In this document: piece by piece, positions 1 to 10,329 of the stretch
Layout of the letters: each line of letters begins with the position of its first letter
Position numbering within the stretch: the stretch's first letter is position 1
Assembly: GCF_000039765.1 (NCBI RefSeq)
Contig: NC_004459.3
Location: forward strand, 1,560,001-1,592,000
Length of the DNA stretch: 32,000 nt
From: Vibrio vulnificus CMCP6
Lineage (GTDB): Bacteria > Pseudomonadota > Gammaproteobacteria > Enterobacterales > Vibrionaceae
Direction of reading: 5' to 3'
Made by a program: the position numbers and the translations under genes
Notes under the pieces: model-generated
Told to the model about the DNA's origin: nothing
What the model saw: only the letters and a program-made list of their open reading frames with translations
Databases searched by the model: none

Positions 1-1
1 G

Positions 2-427
2 CCAACCGCTGAAGAGATCGCTGCGCAACTGGATATTCCGGTTGACGATGTGAGCAAAATGCTGCGTTTGAACGAGCGCATTAGCTCTGTCGATACGCCG
101 ATTGGTGGAGATGGAGAGAAGGCGTTATTGGATATTATTCCTGATGCAAACAACTCAGACCCAGAGGTTTCAACGCAAGATGAAGACATGCGTGTTTCCT
201 TGATTCATTGGTTGGAAGAGCTCAATCCGAAACAAAAAGAAGTGTTGGCACGTCGCTTTGGTTTGTTGGGCTATGAGCCTTCAACACTGGAAGAAGTTGG
301 GCAAGAGATTGGTTTAACTCGTGAGCGAGTGCGCCAGATTCAGGTTGAAGGGTTACGTCGCCTCCGTGAAGTTCTGATCAAACAAGGTCTGAATATGGAA
401 AATTTGTTTGATATCGATATGGATTGA
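2..427 (+). CDS. rpoS: RNA polymerase sigma factor RpoS (sigma-38), C-terminal part. The 5' end lies upstream of the window.
   Basis: The frame is open from base 2 ([26 protein letters not shown]...). It has sigma-70 family region 3/4 sequence, including the [31 protein letters not shown]. Stop TGA at 425-427. The track start at 50 is an internal GTG. Confidence 0.95.
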   Translation, partial: PTAEEIAAQLDIPVDDVSKMLRLNERISSVDTPIGGDGEKALLDIIPDANNSDPEVSTQDEDMRVSLIHWLEELNPKQKEVLARRFGLLGYEPSTLEEVGQEIGLTRERVRQIQVEGLRRLREVLIKQGLNMENLFDIDMD

Positions 428-445
428 ATCTGCATTCTCCAATAG

Positions 446-474
446 AAAAAAGGCTATGGAATCATAGCCTTTTG
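446..474. terminator. Bidirectional Rho-independent terminator between convergent rpoS and mutS
   Basis: Stem AGGCTATG (451-458) pairs with CATAGCCT (463-470) around loop GAAT. An A-run lies on the left and a T-run on the right. Confidence 0.8.
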
Positions 475-502
475 TCATTTTAGTGATGTTCGTTTTAAAA
501 TG

Positions 503-3064
503 TTAGAGCATTTTCTTTAAACGATATAGGGCTTCTAACGCTTGGCGTGGGGTCAGATCATCCGGATCGATGCTGGCCAACGCTTGTTCTACTTCACTTG
601 GCTCTGGAATGAGGCTTAATTGGTTAGCGATATCCACCGTTCTTGCTTTCGGCTGCGAACCCTCTGCGCTGAGTAGCTCAAGTTGAGACAATTTTTGACG
701 GGCGTTTTTAATCACCGTTTTTGGAACGCCCGCTAACCCCGCCACCGCCAAACCGTAGGATTTGCTTGCCGCCCCCTCTTGTACGGCGTGCATAAAGGCG
801 ATGCTGTCGCCATGCTCAACCGCATCAAGATGCACGTTGGCCAAGTGAGGGAGTTGATTTGGCAGTTCTGTCAGTTCAAAGTAATGCGTCGCAAATAGCG
901 TCATTGCCCCAATCTGAGTCGCAAGCCAGTGTGCGCTTGCCCACGCTAGGGAAAGACCATCATAGGTACTGGTACCACGGCCAATTTCATCCATCAAAAC
1001 TAAGCTATTTGCTGTCGCGTTGTGCAAGATATTGGCTGTTTCTGTCATTTCTACCATGAAGGTTGAACGACCTGACGCGAGATCATCCGATGCACCAATT
1101 CGAGTAAAGATGCGATCAATTGAGCCAATGGTGGCCGATTCTGCAGGAACGTAAGAACCAATGTGCGCCATTAAAGCAATCAATGCGGTTTGGCGCATGT
1201 AGGTGGACTTACCCCCCATGTTTGGACCGGTGATGATCAACATTTTACGTTGGCTGTTCAGTTCAATTGGGTTGGCAATAAAGGGATCGGAAGTGACTTG
1301 TTCTACCACAGGGTGACGACCCGCGGTAATGTGAACGACGGGATCTTTGGTCAAATTTGGGCGGCAATAATCCAGCGTATCAGCACGCTCCGCCAAATTT
1401 TGCAATACATCCAATTGTGCAACCGCTGCTGCCAACTCTTGCAAACGGGCTAGGTGAGGTAGCAATAAATCAAAGAGCTCTTCCCACAGTTGCTTTTCAA
1501 TGGCTAATGCTTTCGATTTTGAGTTGAGAACTTTGTCTTCGTGCTCTTTCAGTTCAGGAATGATGTAACGTTCAGCGTTTTTCAGCGTTTGACGGCGAAC
1601 ATAGTGTGGTGGAACCAAATGGCTTTGACCGCGGCTTACTTGGATGTAGAAACCGTGGACATTGTTGTATCCCACTTTCAGCGTATCGATACCGTGGCGA
1701 TCACGCTCTTCCTCTTCGAGTTTTTCCAAGTAGCCCGTGGCACCGTCTGCAAGATCGCGCCATTCATCCAAATCTGCGCTGTACCCTTCGGCAATGACAC
1801 CTCCATCGCGAATCACTACTGGCGGGTTTTCTTTAATGGCACGTTCGAGCAACTCACACACATCATCCATTGGAGCGGCTGCCGTGGCCAGTGATTTGAG
1901 ATGGCTATTGCCCAGTGAAGACAACGTCTGAGCCAATTCGGGTAGCTGTTGCATCGCATGGCGTAATCGCGCGAGATCGCGTGGACGTGCAGAGCGGAGT
2001 GCTAAGCGAGCCAAAATACGTTCAATATCGCCGATTTGTTTCACCACGGGATGAATATCGCTAAATAGAGCTTGTTCTTTCAGTTCGGCGATGGCGTCTA
2101 GGCGATGCTCTCGCGTGGTAATACAGCGCATTGGTTGATGGATCCAACGTTTCAGCATCCGGCTTCCCATCGGCGTCGCACAACGATCCAAAACCGCAGC
2201 AAGCGTGTTGTCACTTCCGCCAGCAAGGTTTTGAGTCAGTTCGAGATTGCGTCTGGTCGCGGCATCAAGGATAACCGAGTCATCTTGGCGATCATAAGTA
2301 AGCGCGCGGATATGAGGAAGTGTTGTACGTTGAGTATCTTTGACATACTGGATCAAGCAACCTGCGGCGCACAATCCTAAAACCGCATTTTCTACGCCAA
2401 AACCGACCAAGTCTTTGGTGCCAAATTGCTGGTTGAGCTGTTGTTTGGCCGTTTCGAGTTCGAACTCCCAAACTGGACGACGACGGTTGCCGTTACGACC
2501 TGTCATCAAATGAACGGGCTCAAAATCTTCTGGGAAGAGTAACTCACGCGGAGAGGTGCGTTGTAGCTCAGCTGCCATTGCCTCTTCTGACTGGGGTTCA
2601 ACCAATTGGAAACGCCCAGAGGTGACATCCAAGGTGGCGTAGCCGAATTTACCATTGTGGTGATAAATCGCGGCAATTAAGTTATCCAAACGTTCAGACA
2701 GTAAAGCTTCATCCGTTACCGTACCCGGCGTGACAATACGAACGACTTTGCGCTCTACTGGGCCTTTACTGGTGGCAGGATCGCCAACTTGTTCGCAGAT
2801 CGCCACCGACTCCCCAAGCTGAACCAATTTGGCTAAATACCCTTCAACGGCATGAAATGGCACACCCGCCATCGGAATGGGTTCTCCTGCCGAAGCGCCG
2901 CGCTTGGTGAGAGAAATATCCAGCAATTGCGACGCCTTCTTTGCATCATCGTAAAAAAGTTCGTAGAAGTCGCCCATGCGATAAAACAGCAAAATATCTG
3001 GATTTTCTGCCTTCAATCTGAGGTATTGCTGCATCATTGGGGTATGTTGTTGTTCAGCTTTCAC
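503..3064 (-). CDS. mutS: DNA mismatch repair protein MutS
   Basis: Strong identity to E. coli MutS: [35 protein letters not shown], Walker [10 protein letters not shown], and the STFMVEM motif. I place the start at GTG 3064 ([14 protein letters not shown]), giving 853 aa, the E. coli length as I remember it. The track ORF runs on to 3157 but that extension overlaps the divergent pncC start and has no MutS-like sequence. The start is uncertain by a few codons (ATG at 3037 is possible). Confidence 0.93.
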
Positions 3065-3147
3065 GGTTTTTATCTTTAGTTTGGACTGTTTGCGGCTTAG
3101 GATACGTGAATCACTGATAGTGTAAAAGAGAGAAAAGGGAAATCGGC

Positions 3148-3651
3148 ATGCAATCACTAATACAATTATCAGAACAACTGGGTGAGCGTCTTTTGCAACA
3201 AGGTGAAGTGTTGGCTACGGCCGAATCGTGTACTGGCGGTGGCGTTGCAAACATAGTCACGGAAGTCGCAGGCAGCTCGGCTTGGTTTGATCGTGCATTT
3301 GTCACTTACAGCAATGAAGCAAAACAAGAAATGTTGGGGGTGGCAGAAAAAACCTTGGCCGACTTTGGTGCGGTCTCGGAGGCGGTGGTCAAAGAAATGG
3401 TACTGGGGACTTTAGCCCATTCGAATGCAACTATCGCGGTTGCCATTAGCGGTATTGCAGGGCCGAGCGGCGGTAGCGCGGAAAAGCCTGTTGGCACCGT
3501 TTGTTTTGGTTTTGCGGATAAGCATGGATGGCTACGTTGTGAGACTTGCTATTTTGCTGGCGATAGAGCAAAAGTTCGCATACAAGCGATTGAATACAGT
3601 TTAAAAGTCTTGTGTGATGCGCTACTGAAAAATGGCAGTGAACGTCAATAA
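3148..3651 (+). CDS. pncC: Nicotinamide-nucleotide amidohydrolase PncC / CinA C-terminal-domain protein (E. coli YgaD-like)
   Basis: 167 aa with [38 protein letters not shown] and [17 protein letters not shown], collinear with E. coli PncC. It sits immediately upstream of recA, as in enterics. Confidence 0.85.
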   Translation: MQSLIQLSEQLGERLLQQGEVLATAESCTGGGVANIVTEVAGSSAWFDRAFVTYSNEAKQEMLGVAEKTLADFGAVSEAVVKEMVLGTLAHSNATIAVAISGIAGPSGGSAEKPVGTVCFGFADKHGWLRCETCYFAGDRAKVRIQAIEYSLKVLCDALLKNGSERQ

Positions 3652-3680
3652 CAGGCGAAATTTTTTTATACAGGGGTGGA

Positions 3681-3700
3681 CACTGTACAAATCAACAGTA
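3681..3700 (+). promoter_or_regulatory. LexA (SOS) box overlapping the recA promoter
   Basis: CACTGTACAAATCAACAGTA contains CTGT (3683-3686), 8 nt, then ACAG (3695-3698), matching the gammaproteobacterial CTGT-N8-ACAG consensus. A perfect -10 TATAAT lies at 3699-3704, with TGGACA about 16 nt upstream as a -35 candidate. Confidence 0.85.
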
Positions 3701-3784
3701 TAATGAACCCCAACATGACAAACATTGTCGACCCTATTTCGACATAATTACCTATCACCTGAGAGTGACTATCTGGAGAGAGTA

Positions 3785-4834
3785 ATGGACGAGAACAAAC
3801 AGAAGGCTCTGGCCGCCGCACTAGGTCAAATTGAAAAGCAGTTCGGTAAAGGTTCAATCATGCGCCTAGGTGACAACCGTGCGATGGATGTTGAAACCAT
3901 CTCGACAGGTTCACTATCTCTGGATATTGCGCTGGGTGCGGGTGGCTTACCAATGGGCCGTATCGTTGAAATTTTTGGTCCAGAATCTTCAGGTAAAACC
4001 ACGTTGACCCTTGAGCTGATCGCTGCGGCTCAACGTGAAGGCAAAACTTGTGCGTTTATCGATGCCGAGCACGCGTTGGATCCTGTGTATGCGAAGAAGC
4101 TTGGCGTTAATATCGACCAGTTGTTGGTATCTCAGCCTGACACCGGTGAACAAGCGTTGGAAATCTGTGATGCTCTTGCTCGCTCAGGTGCGGTTGACGT
4201 TATTGTTGTCGACTCTGTTGCAGCATTGACGCCAAAGGCAGAAATCGAAGGTGAGATGGGCGACTCGCACATGGGTCTTCAAGCTCGTATGCTATCTCAA
4301 GCGATGCGTAAGTTAACGGGTAACCTAAAGCAGTCTAACTGTATGTGTATCTTCATCAACCAGATCCGTATGAAGATCGGTGTGATGTTTGGTAACCCAG
4401 AAACCACAACGGGTGGTAACGCACTGAAATTCTACGCTTCTGTTCGTCTTGATATTCGCCGTACTGGTGCGATCAAAGAAGGTGATGAGGTCGTGGGTAA
4501 CGAAACGCGCATCAAAGTGGTGAAGAATAAGATCGCTGCGCCGTTTAAAGAAGCCAACACTCAAATTATGTACGGCCAAGGCTTTAACCGCGAAGGTGAA
4601 CTGATTGACCTAGGCGTGAAATGTAAGCTGATTGAAAAATCAGGTGCTTGGTATAGCTATAACGGCGACAAAATTGGCCAAGGTAAAGCGAACGCTTGTA
4701 AATACCTGAAAGAAAACGTAGATGTCGCAAAAGTACTGGATACGAAATTGCGTGAAATGTTGCTTTCTCCAGCAAACATCAACGATGAATCGGCAGAGTT
4801 AGTCGAAGAAATGCCAGAGCAAGAAGAGTTTTAA
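3785..4834 (+). CDS. recA: Recombinase RecA
   Basis: [30 protein letters not shown]..., Walker [10 protein letters not shown], near-identical to Vibrio/E. coli RecA. ATG at 3785 is preceded by GGAGAGAG. The track start at 3725 is an upstream in-frame artefact running through the promoter and SOS box. Confidence 0.98.
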   Translation: MDENKQKALAAALGQIEKQFGKGSIMRLGDNRAMDVETISTGSLSLDIALGAGGLPMGRIVEIFGPESSGKTTLTLELIAAAQREGKTCAFIDAEHALDPVYAKKLGVNIDQLLVSQPDTGEQALEICDALARSGAVDVIVVDSVAALTPKAEIEGEMGDSHMGLQARMLSQAMRKLTGNLKQSNCMCIFINQIRMKIGVMFGNPETTTGGNALKFYASVRLDIRRTGAIKEGDEVVGNETRIKVVKNKIAAPFKEANTQIMYGQGFNREGELIDLGVKCKLIEKSGAWYSYNGDKIGQGKANACKYLKENVDVAKVLDTKLREMLLSPANINDESAELVEEMPEQEEF

Positions 4835-4853
4835 TTTCAGCCTCTATTTTATT

Positions 4854-4878
4854 AAGCCCTGCAATGCAGGGCTTTTTT
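4854..4878 (+). terminator. recA Rho-independent terminator (partial read-through into recX expected)
   Basis: GCCCTGC (4856-4862) pairs with GCAGGGC (4866-4872), followed by T6 (4873-4878). Confidence 0.8.
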
Positions 4879-4937
4879 CTTCTATTTTCCATTTCGGATT
4901 CATTGTTATTACTTATCCCCCTATTTAAGGAGTTCTG

Positions 4938-5399
4938 ATGCATCATCGCTTTACGCCGCCAATGATGAGTTGCAAAGACACGGCGATTCAACTGCTCAGT
5001 CGACGAGATCATGGCCAGTATGAGTTGAGGCAAAAGCTCACAGTTAAAGGGTATGCTAGTCAAGATATTGAAAGTGCAATGCATTTTTGCTTGGAACATG
5101 GTTATCTCGATGATCTTCGTTATGCCAAAAGCCAAATTCGACAACACGTTGGAAAAGGGCATGGCGAAAGACGCATACGGCAGGAGTTATCGCTTAAACA
5201 AGTGTCTGATTCTGTCGTTGAAAATGCATTTGCGGAAGAGCCACAAGATTGGTTTGAGTTAGCCAAATCCGTTGCGATGAAAAAGTTCAACGGAGTGAAG
5301 GCCAAAGAACAAAAAGAGTATGCAAAACAAGTTCGCTTTCTCCAATATCGTGGTTTCTCATTTGAACAGATACGTTATGCTTTGAGCGATGAAGCATAA
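4938..5399 (+). CDS. recX: RecA regulator RecX
   Basis: 153 aa in the conserved position directly after recA. It shows the RecX-type three-repeat helical pattern ([27 protein letters not shown]). Confidence 0.9.
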   Translation: MHHRFTPPMMSCKDTAIQLLSRRDHGQYELRQKLTVKGYASQDIESAMHFCLEHGYLDDLRYAKSQIRQHVGKGHGERRIRQELSLKQVSDSVVENAFAEEPQDWFELAKSVAMKKFNGVKAKEQKEYAKQVRFLQYRGFSFEQIRYALSDEA

Positions 5400-5578
5400 T
5401 GTTTCCGTAAGTTCCATGCCAATTTTCTCTCCTCACATTCGTGAAGAAATCATGATTTCCCGCGATTAAACGATTTTTTCATTTCATCCGCTCTTTTCCA
5501 TAAGAAAACTAGTCGAAGCTTTAAGCATGATCTACAATACGGCAAAATTCTAACTCGACTATTTTCAGGAAGAGCTGC

Positions 5579-8161
5579 ATGTACATGAGCACTGATGAGG
5601 TTCGTAACGCGTTCCTCAAGTTCTTTGAGAGCAAAGGACACCAAATCGTAGACAGTTCATCGTTGGTTCCACATAACGATCCAACCCTGCTATTTACTAA
5701 CGCAGGTATGAACCAATTTAAAGATTGCTTCTTAGGCGCCGAAAAGCGTGCCTACACTCGAGCAACTACGGCTCAACGTTGCGTACGTGCAGGTGGTAAA
5801 CACAATGACCTAGAAAACGTAGGTTTTACCGCTCGTCACCATACTTTCTTTGAAATGCTAGGTAACTTCAGCTTTGGTGACTACTTCAAAGAAGACGCGA
5901 TTGCTTTTGCTTGGGAATTCCTAACTGAGACGCTAAAACTGCCAAAAGATCGCCTTTTGGTCACGGTTTACGAAACGGATGATGAAGCTTTTGATATCTG
6001 GAACCAAAAAGTTGGTGTTCCAGCTGATCGCATCATTCGCATCGGCGATAAAAAAGGTGGCAAGCAGTACGAGTCAGACAACTTCTGGACTATGGGTGAC
6101 ACGGGCCCGTGTGGTCCTTGTACTGAGATCTTTTATGACCACGGTGAACACATTTGGGGCGGTCGTCCTGGCACTCCTGAAGAGGATGGTGACCGTTTCA
6201 TCGAAATCTGGAACAACGTTTTCATGCAGTTCAACCGCCATGCCGATGGTACGATGGAGCCGCTTCCTAAGCCGTCTGTTGATACCGGTATGGGCATTGA
6301 GCGTATTTCTGCCATCATGCAGGGCGTACATTCAAACTATGAAATTGATGTGTTCCAAAAGCTAATCAAAGCGACAGCTGAAATCGTGGGTTGTGAAGAC
6401 CTATCAAACCAGTCGCTACGCGTTATCGCAGATCACATCCGCTCTTGTTCATTCCTAATCGCGGATGGCGTTATGCCTTCAAACGAAGGTCGTGGTTACG
6501 TGCTACGTCGCATCATTCGTCGTGCTGTTCGTCACGGTAACAAGCTAGGTGCACAAGGCGTATTCTTCCACAAACTTGTCGGCGTATTGGCTGAAGCGAT
6601 GGGCAGTGCCGCGGACGAACTGAAGAAGCAACAAGCGGTTGTTGAAAAAGTACTTCGCATCGAAGAAGAAAACTTTGGCCGCACACTAGAGCGCGGCATG
6701 GTTATCCTCAATGAAGCACTCGATGCACTTGAAGGTAAAGAACTTGACGGTGAGACGGTATTCAAGCTTTATGACACTTACGGTTTCCCTGCTGACTTAA
6801 CGAACGATGTTGCTCGTGAACGAGAGTTCACTATCGACGAAGCTGGTTTCGAGAAAGCGATGGAAGAGCAACGTCAGCGTGCTCGTGAAGCTGGTCAATT
6901 TGGCACCGATTACAACGCGAAAATCAAAGTAGACGCACAATCTGAATTTTGTGGTTACACCTCAACACAAGAGCGTAGCGATGTGGTTGCTCTGTTTGTT
7001 GAAGGTGAAGAGACCGCAACGCTTTCTGCAGGCGACAAAGCGATCGTCATTCTGCAAGAAACGCCTTTCTACGCTGAATCGGGTGGTCAATGTGGCGATA
7101 GCGGCGTGTTGAAAACAGAATCCGGTCTATTCCAAGTGGAAGACACCCAGAAGTTGGGTAATGCCATTGCACATCACGGAGTGTTGGTTGAAGGTGTATT
7201 GGCAAAAGGTGATCAAGTTACTGCGATCGTGGACGCTGAGCGCCGCGCTGCCATTTCACTTAACCACTCTGCGACGCACTTGCTTCACGCCGCTCTACGC
7301 CAAGTGCTTGGTGAGCACGTAGCGCAAAAAGGCTCATTGGTGAAGGCAGAGAACTTACGCTTTGACTTCTCACATCTAGAAGCGGTTACGGCAGCAGAGC
7401 TGAAAGAAGTTGAGCGTCTGGTGAATGCTCAGATTCGTCGTAATCATGCCATTGAAACCAACATCATGGACATCGAATCGGCGAAGCAGAAAGGGGCTAT
7501 GGCGCTGTTCGGTGAGAAATACGATGACGAAGTTCGTGTGTTGTCTATGGGTGATTTCTCTACCGAACTTTGTGGTGGTATTCACGCATCAAATACCGGT
7601 GATATTGGCTTGTTCAAGATCACTTCAGAAGGTGGTATTGCGGCGGGTATTCGCCGTATTGAAGCGGTAACTGGCGAAGCTGCGTTGGAGGCAATTGACG
7701 CTCAAGCTCGTAAGTTTGAAGAGAAACTTCAAGATGCAGCGAATAAAGCGAAGTCGCTAGAGAAAGAAATTCAACAGCTTAAAGACAAGTTGGCTTCACA
7801 AGCAAGCGCAAACTTGATTGATCAAGTAAAAGAAATTGCGGGTGTGAAAGTCTTAGTAGCGAAGCTTGACGGTGCTGATAACAAAGCGCTGCGCGGCATG
7901 GTGGATGAGCTGAAAAACCAAATGGGCAGCGGCATCATTATGTTGGGTAACGTTGCTGATGACAAAGTGGGCCTTATCGCGGGTGTGACCCAAGATTTGA
8001 CTTCAAAAGTGAAAGCAGGCGAGCTCGTTAACATGGTTGCGCAGCAAGTGGGTGGTAAAGGTGGTGGCCGCCCAGATATGGCACAGGCTGGTGGTACCGA
8101 TAGCTCGGCTCTACCTTCAGCTCTGGCATCTGTCGACGCGTGGATCGCTGAACGTCTTTAA
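5579..8161 (+). CDS. alaS: Alanine--tRNA ligase
   Basis: 860 aa with [29 protein letters not shown], and the editing-domain [18 protein letters not shown] lies 7 nt before ATG 5579. A second ATG at 5585 is a less likely start. Confidence 0.97.
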
Positions 8162-8174
8162 TTTATAAATCATA

Positions 8175-8214
8175 ACGCTCAATCAAAGTTTTTTTGATTG
8201 AGCGTATTTTTTTT
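8175..8214 (+). terminator. alaS Rho-independent terminator
   Basis: ACGCTCAATCAAA (8175-8187) pairs with TTTGATTGAGCGT (8193-8205), followed by a T-run (8207-8214). Confidence 0.85.
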
Positions 8215-8219
8215 GTGTC

Positions 8220-8277
8220 AACCAAGTGGTTTAATTGGCGGAAATTTAAACAGACCAATTACACTACTTGGTTTTTT
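8220..8277 (+). terminator. Second long hairpin plus T-run directly after the alaS terminator. It is either a tandem terminator or a leader structure of the aspartokinase gene.
   Basis: 8220-8238 pairs with 8255-8273 (about 18 bp, with one mismatch and one G-U). The loop is CGGAAATTTAAACAGA. The stem is followed by TTTTT. Confidence 0.5.
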
Positions 8278-8357
8278 ATGTAACTACTGCGGAATATTTG
8301 TCAGATCAAATAGGAAGTGGTCCGAATGAGACTTTGGTCTTGGGAAGGTGAAGACTG

Positions 8358-9512
8358 GTGAAAAAATCCCTTATCGTGCAAAAGTTCGGCGGAACCTCTA
8401 TGGGTTCGATTGAAAGAATTCATACAGTGGCTGAACACATCATTAAGGCGAAAAATGATGGTAATCAAGTTGTCGTTGTTGTCTCTGCGATGGCAGGTGA
8501 AACCAACCGACTATTGGACTTGGCTAAGCAGGTAGATAGTGTACCTACGGCCCGGGAACTTGATGTTTTGCTCTCTGCTGGTGAGCAAGTGTCTATGGCA
8601 CTGCTAGCAATGACGCTGAATAAATTAGGCTATGCAGCGCGCTCACTTACCGGAGCACAAGCGAATATTGTGACGGATACTCAGCACAATGACGCGACGA
8701 TTAAACACATTGATACGACGCCAATTAACGAGCTACTTGAACAAGATCAGATCGTGATTGTCGCAGGTTTTCAGGGTGTGAATGAAAATGGGGATATCAC
8801 CACTTTAGGTCGAGGCGGCTCCGATACGAGTGCCGTGACATTAGCTGGCGCATTAGCGGCTGATGAATGTCAAATCTTTACCGACGTTGATGGTATTTAT
8901 ACGTGTGATCCACGTGTGGTTAAAACGGCTCAGAAGCTGGACATTATCGATTTTCCTTCCATGGAAGAGATGGCCAGAAAAGGAGCTAAAGTACTGCATT
9001 TGCCTTGCGTTCAATTCGCTTGGGAAAATGAAGTGCCGCTGCGCGTGCTTTCGACCTTCGAGATTAATGAAGGGAGTCTGGTTAAAGGAGAAACTGGCAC
9101 ACAAGCTGTATGCGGTATAGCACTGCAACGCGATCTTGCCATGATTAAGGTCTCTAAAGAGTCTTTATCCAGCCTGACAAAGCAATGTCAGATGTTGGGT
9201 ATTGAAATTTGGAATGTGATCGAAGAAGCAGATTGGGCAGGTATCATGATAAAACAGGATGCTTGTGCTAAGTTGGATCTGGTTTTCAGCGATAAAATCC
9301 GTAATAGTGAAGCAGTAAGCTTGTTGACCGTCGTCGGTCTTGAAGCGAATTCATTGATGCAACATGCATGTGATGCACTGACAACACAAGGTATAGCGAT
9401 TCGTCATCAATGTGTGACGCCGTTGTCCAGTATGTTAGTTGTATCTCCTGAGAGTGTCGATCAGGCAGCAAACTACTGCACGATGCTTATATTAGTTCTA
9501 ACGAAGCCTTAA
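8358..9512 (+). CDS. Aspartate kinase (monofunctional, ACT-domain type). The 3' end is possibly frameshifted (see findings).
   Basis: GTG start with GAAGGTGAAG upstream. The N-terminus KKSLIVQKFGGTSMGS, VVVVSAMAGETNRLL and TLGRGGSDTSAV are aspartokinase signature segments. Confidence 0.9.
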   Translation: MKKSLIVQKFGGTSMGSIERIHTVAEHIIKAKNDGNQVVVVVSAMAGETNRLLDLAKQVDSVPTARELDVLLSAGEQVSMALLAMTLNKLGYAARSLTGAQANIVTDTQHNDATIKHIDTTPINELLEQDQIVIVAGFQGVNENGDITTLGRGGSDTSAVTLAGALAADECQIFTDVDGIYTCDPRVVKTAQKLDIIDFPSMEEMARKGAKVLHLPCVQFAWENEVPLRVLSTFEINEGSLVKGETGTQAVCGIALQRDLAMIKVSKESLSSLTKQCQMLGIEIWNVIEEADWAGIMIKQDACAKLDLVFSDKIRNSEAVSLLTVVGLEANSLMQHACDALTTQGIAIRHQCVTPLSSMLVVSPESVDQAANYCTMLILVLTKP

Positions 9513-9635
9513 ATATTCAGCAGAAACAAGCCTTTTTAGGTTAATTTTCACAAACATGGTAGTTTACGAAAATATAACTTTTGTTGGATAATAGCCTCGT
9601 AGCTAGAGATTTAGAGATTACTCAAGGAGCAAAGA

Positions 9636-9827
9636 ATGCTAATTTTGACTCGCCGCGTAGGCGAAACACTGATGATTGGTGACGAAGTGACAGTAACGGT
9701 ACTGGGTGTGAAAGGCAACCAGGTTCGTATTGGTGTGAACGCTCCTAAAGACGTTTCTGTACACCGTGAAGAGATCTACATGCGCATTCAGGCTGAGAAA
9801 GGCAACGTTACCCCAGGTAACTACTAA
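9636..9827 (+). CDS. csrA: Carbon storage regulator CsrA
   Basis: [48 protein letters not shown] is almost identical to E. coli CsrA. AAGGAG lies 6 nt upstream of the ATG. Confidence 0.97.
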
Positions 9828-9847
9828 GCTTAATCTCTGAATGATAG

Positions 9848-9875
9848 AGGCTGACCATAAAGGTCAGCCTTTTTT
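9848..9875 (+). terminator. csrA Rho-independent terminator
   Basis: AGGCTGACC (9848-9856) pairs with GGTCAGCCT (9862-9870), followed by T5. Confidence 0.85.
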
Positions 9876-10164
9876 ATATCTGCAATTTCTTAAATGCTTT
9901 TGTTCCGGGAATGAGAAAGTAGAAGGGCGACGCAACCTCCAACTTGGCAATGTTAGAGGCGGGGACTTTCGTGTTTAGCACAAGAAAATTTCGTAAGTCA
10001 TAGCTCAGATAATTTGCTCATTTGGTCGTGTATTTCATCGGGAAGCAATAAGGTCGTTTTCTTGCTTAAAGGTTGTTTTTACAGCAACAAAGTTCATTAA
10101 TCACACGTATTGATTAAATAGGCAACGCTTGAGCGGTATTGCGCTATTTTTTCAAAGAAAATGT

Positions 10165-10192
10165 TTGACTTATTTTTGGTAAATCGTAATAT
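10165..10192 (+). promoter_or_regulatory. Stable-RNA-type sigma-70 promoter of the tRNA array
   Basis: TTGACT (10165-10170), 16 nt, then TAATAT (10187-10192), followed by the GC-rich discriminator GTGCCTCCGC. An A/T-rich UP-like tract (TATTTTTTCAAAGAAAATG) lies upstream. The first tRNA starts at 10208. Confidence 0.6.
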
Positions 10193-10207
10193 GTGCCTCC
10201 GCAAGAC

Positions 10208-10300
10208 GGTGAGGTGGCCGAGAGGCTGAAGGCGCTCCCCTGCTAAGGGGAGTATACGGTTTATCCCGTATCGAGGGTTCGAATCCCTCCTTCACCGCCA
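10208..10300 (+). tRNA. tRNA-Ser(GCU), copy 1, with a non-canonical anticodon arm (extra G)
   Basis: 93 nt. Acceptor GGTGAGG pairs with CTTCACC. It has a long variable arm, T-arm GAGGGTTCGAATCCCTC and an encoded CCA. The loop CTGCTAA carries anticodon GCT at 10242-10244. It is very close to E. coli serV from memory. The run GGGG at 10247-10250 has one G more than copy 2. Confidence 0.85.
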
Positions 10301-10329
10301 TTCTTGCGAATCGTTTTACGATGAATTGC

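Noticed and set aside
3065-3157. A 31-codon N-terminal extension of the mutS ORF ([31 protein letters not shown])
   Set aside because: It has no MutS homology, overlaps the divergent pncC start and promoter region, and the homologous MutS N-terminus begins at GTG 3064.
3725-3784. An upstream in-frame extension of recA. Similar extensions occur at ffh (24712-24765), ypjD (24553-24630), oadG (11708-11761), yacG (28804-28824), the lipoprotein (21103-21129) and pilD (31119-31169).
   Set aside because: In each case an internal ATG with a proper Shine-Dalgarno sequence coincides with the conserved N-terminus of the family. The extensions run through promoter, operator or hairpin sequence.
4779-5162. 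A 127-aa minus-strand ORF antisense to recX. Other long antisense ORFs lie inside mutS, oadA (12744-13208, 13311-13772), oadB (14453-14875) and the yfjD-like gene (22404-22802, 22995-23315).
   Set aside because: All lie entirely within well-supported genes on the opposite strand. They lack RBSs and recognisable domains, and have the low-complexity composition typical of antisense frames.
8215-8357. A possible lysine riboswitch (L-box) or leader-peptide attenuator upstream of the aspartokinase gene
   Set aside because: The leader is only about 140 nt, shorter than an L-box. I cannot recognise the conserved L-box helices and there is no Lys/Thr-rich leader ORF. I keep it only as an unexplained hairpin (see findings).
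9876-10164. The ~290-bp unassigned spacer between the csrA terminator and the tRNA promoter, as a possible sRNA gene
   Set aside because: It contains only short weak stems (e.g. AAGCAA/TTGCTT). There is no convincing promoter-plus-terminator pair and no ORF. It most likely holds upstream activating (UP/Fis-type) DNA of the stable-RNA promoter.
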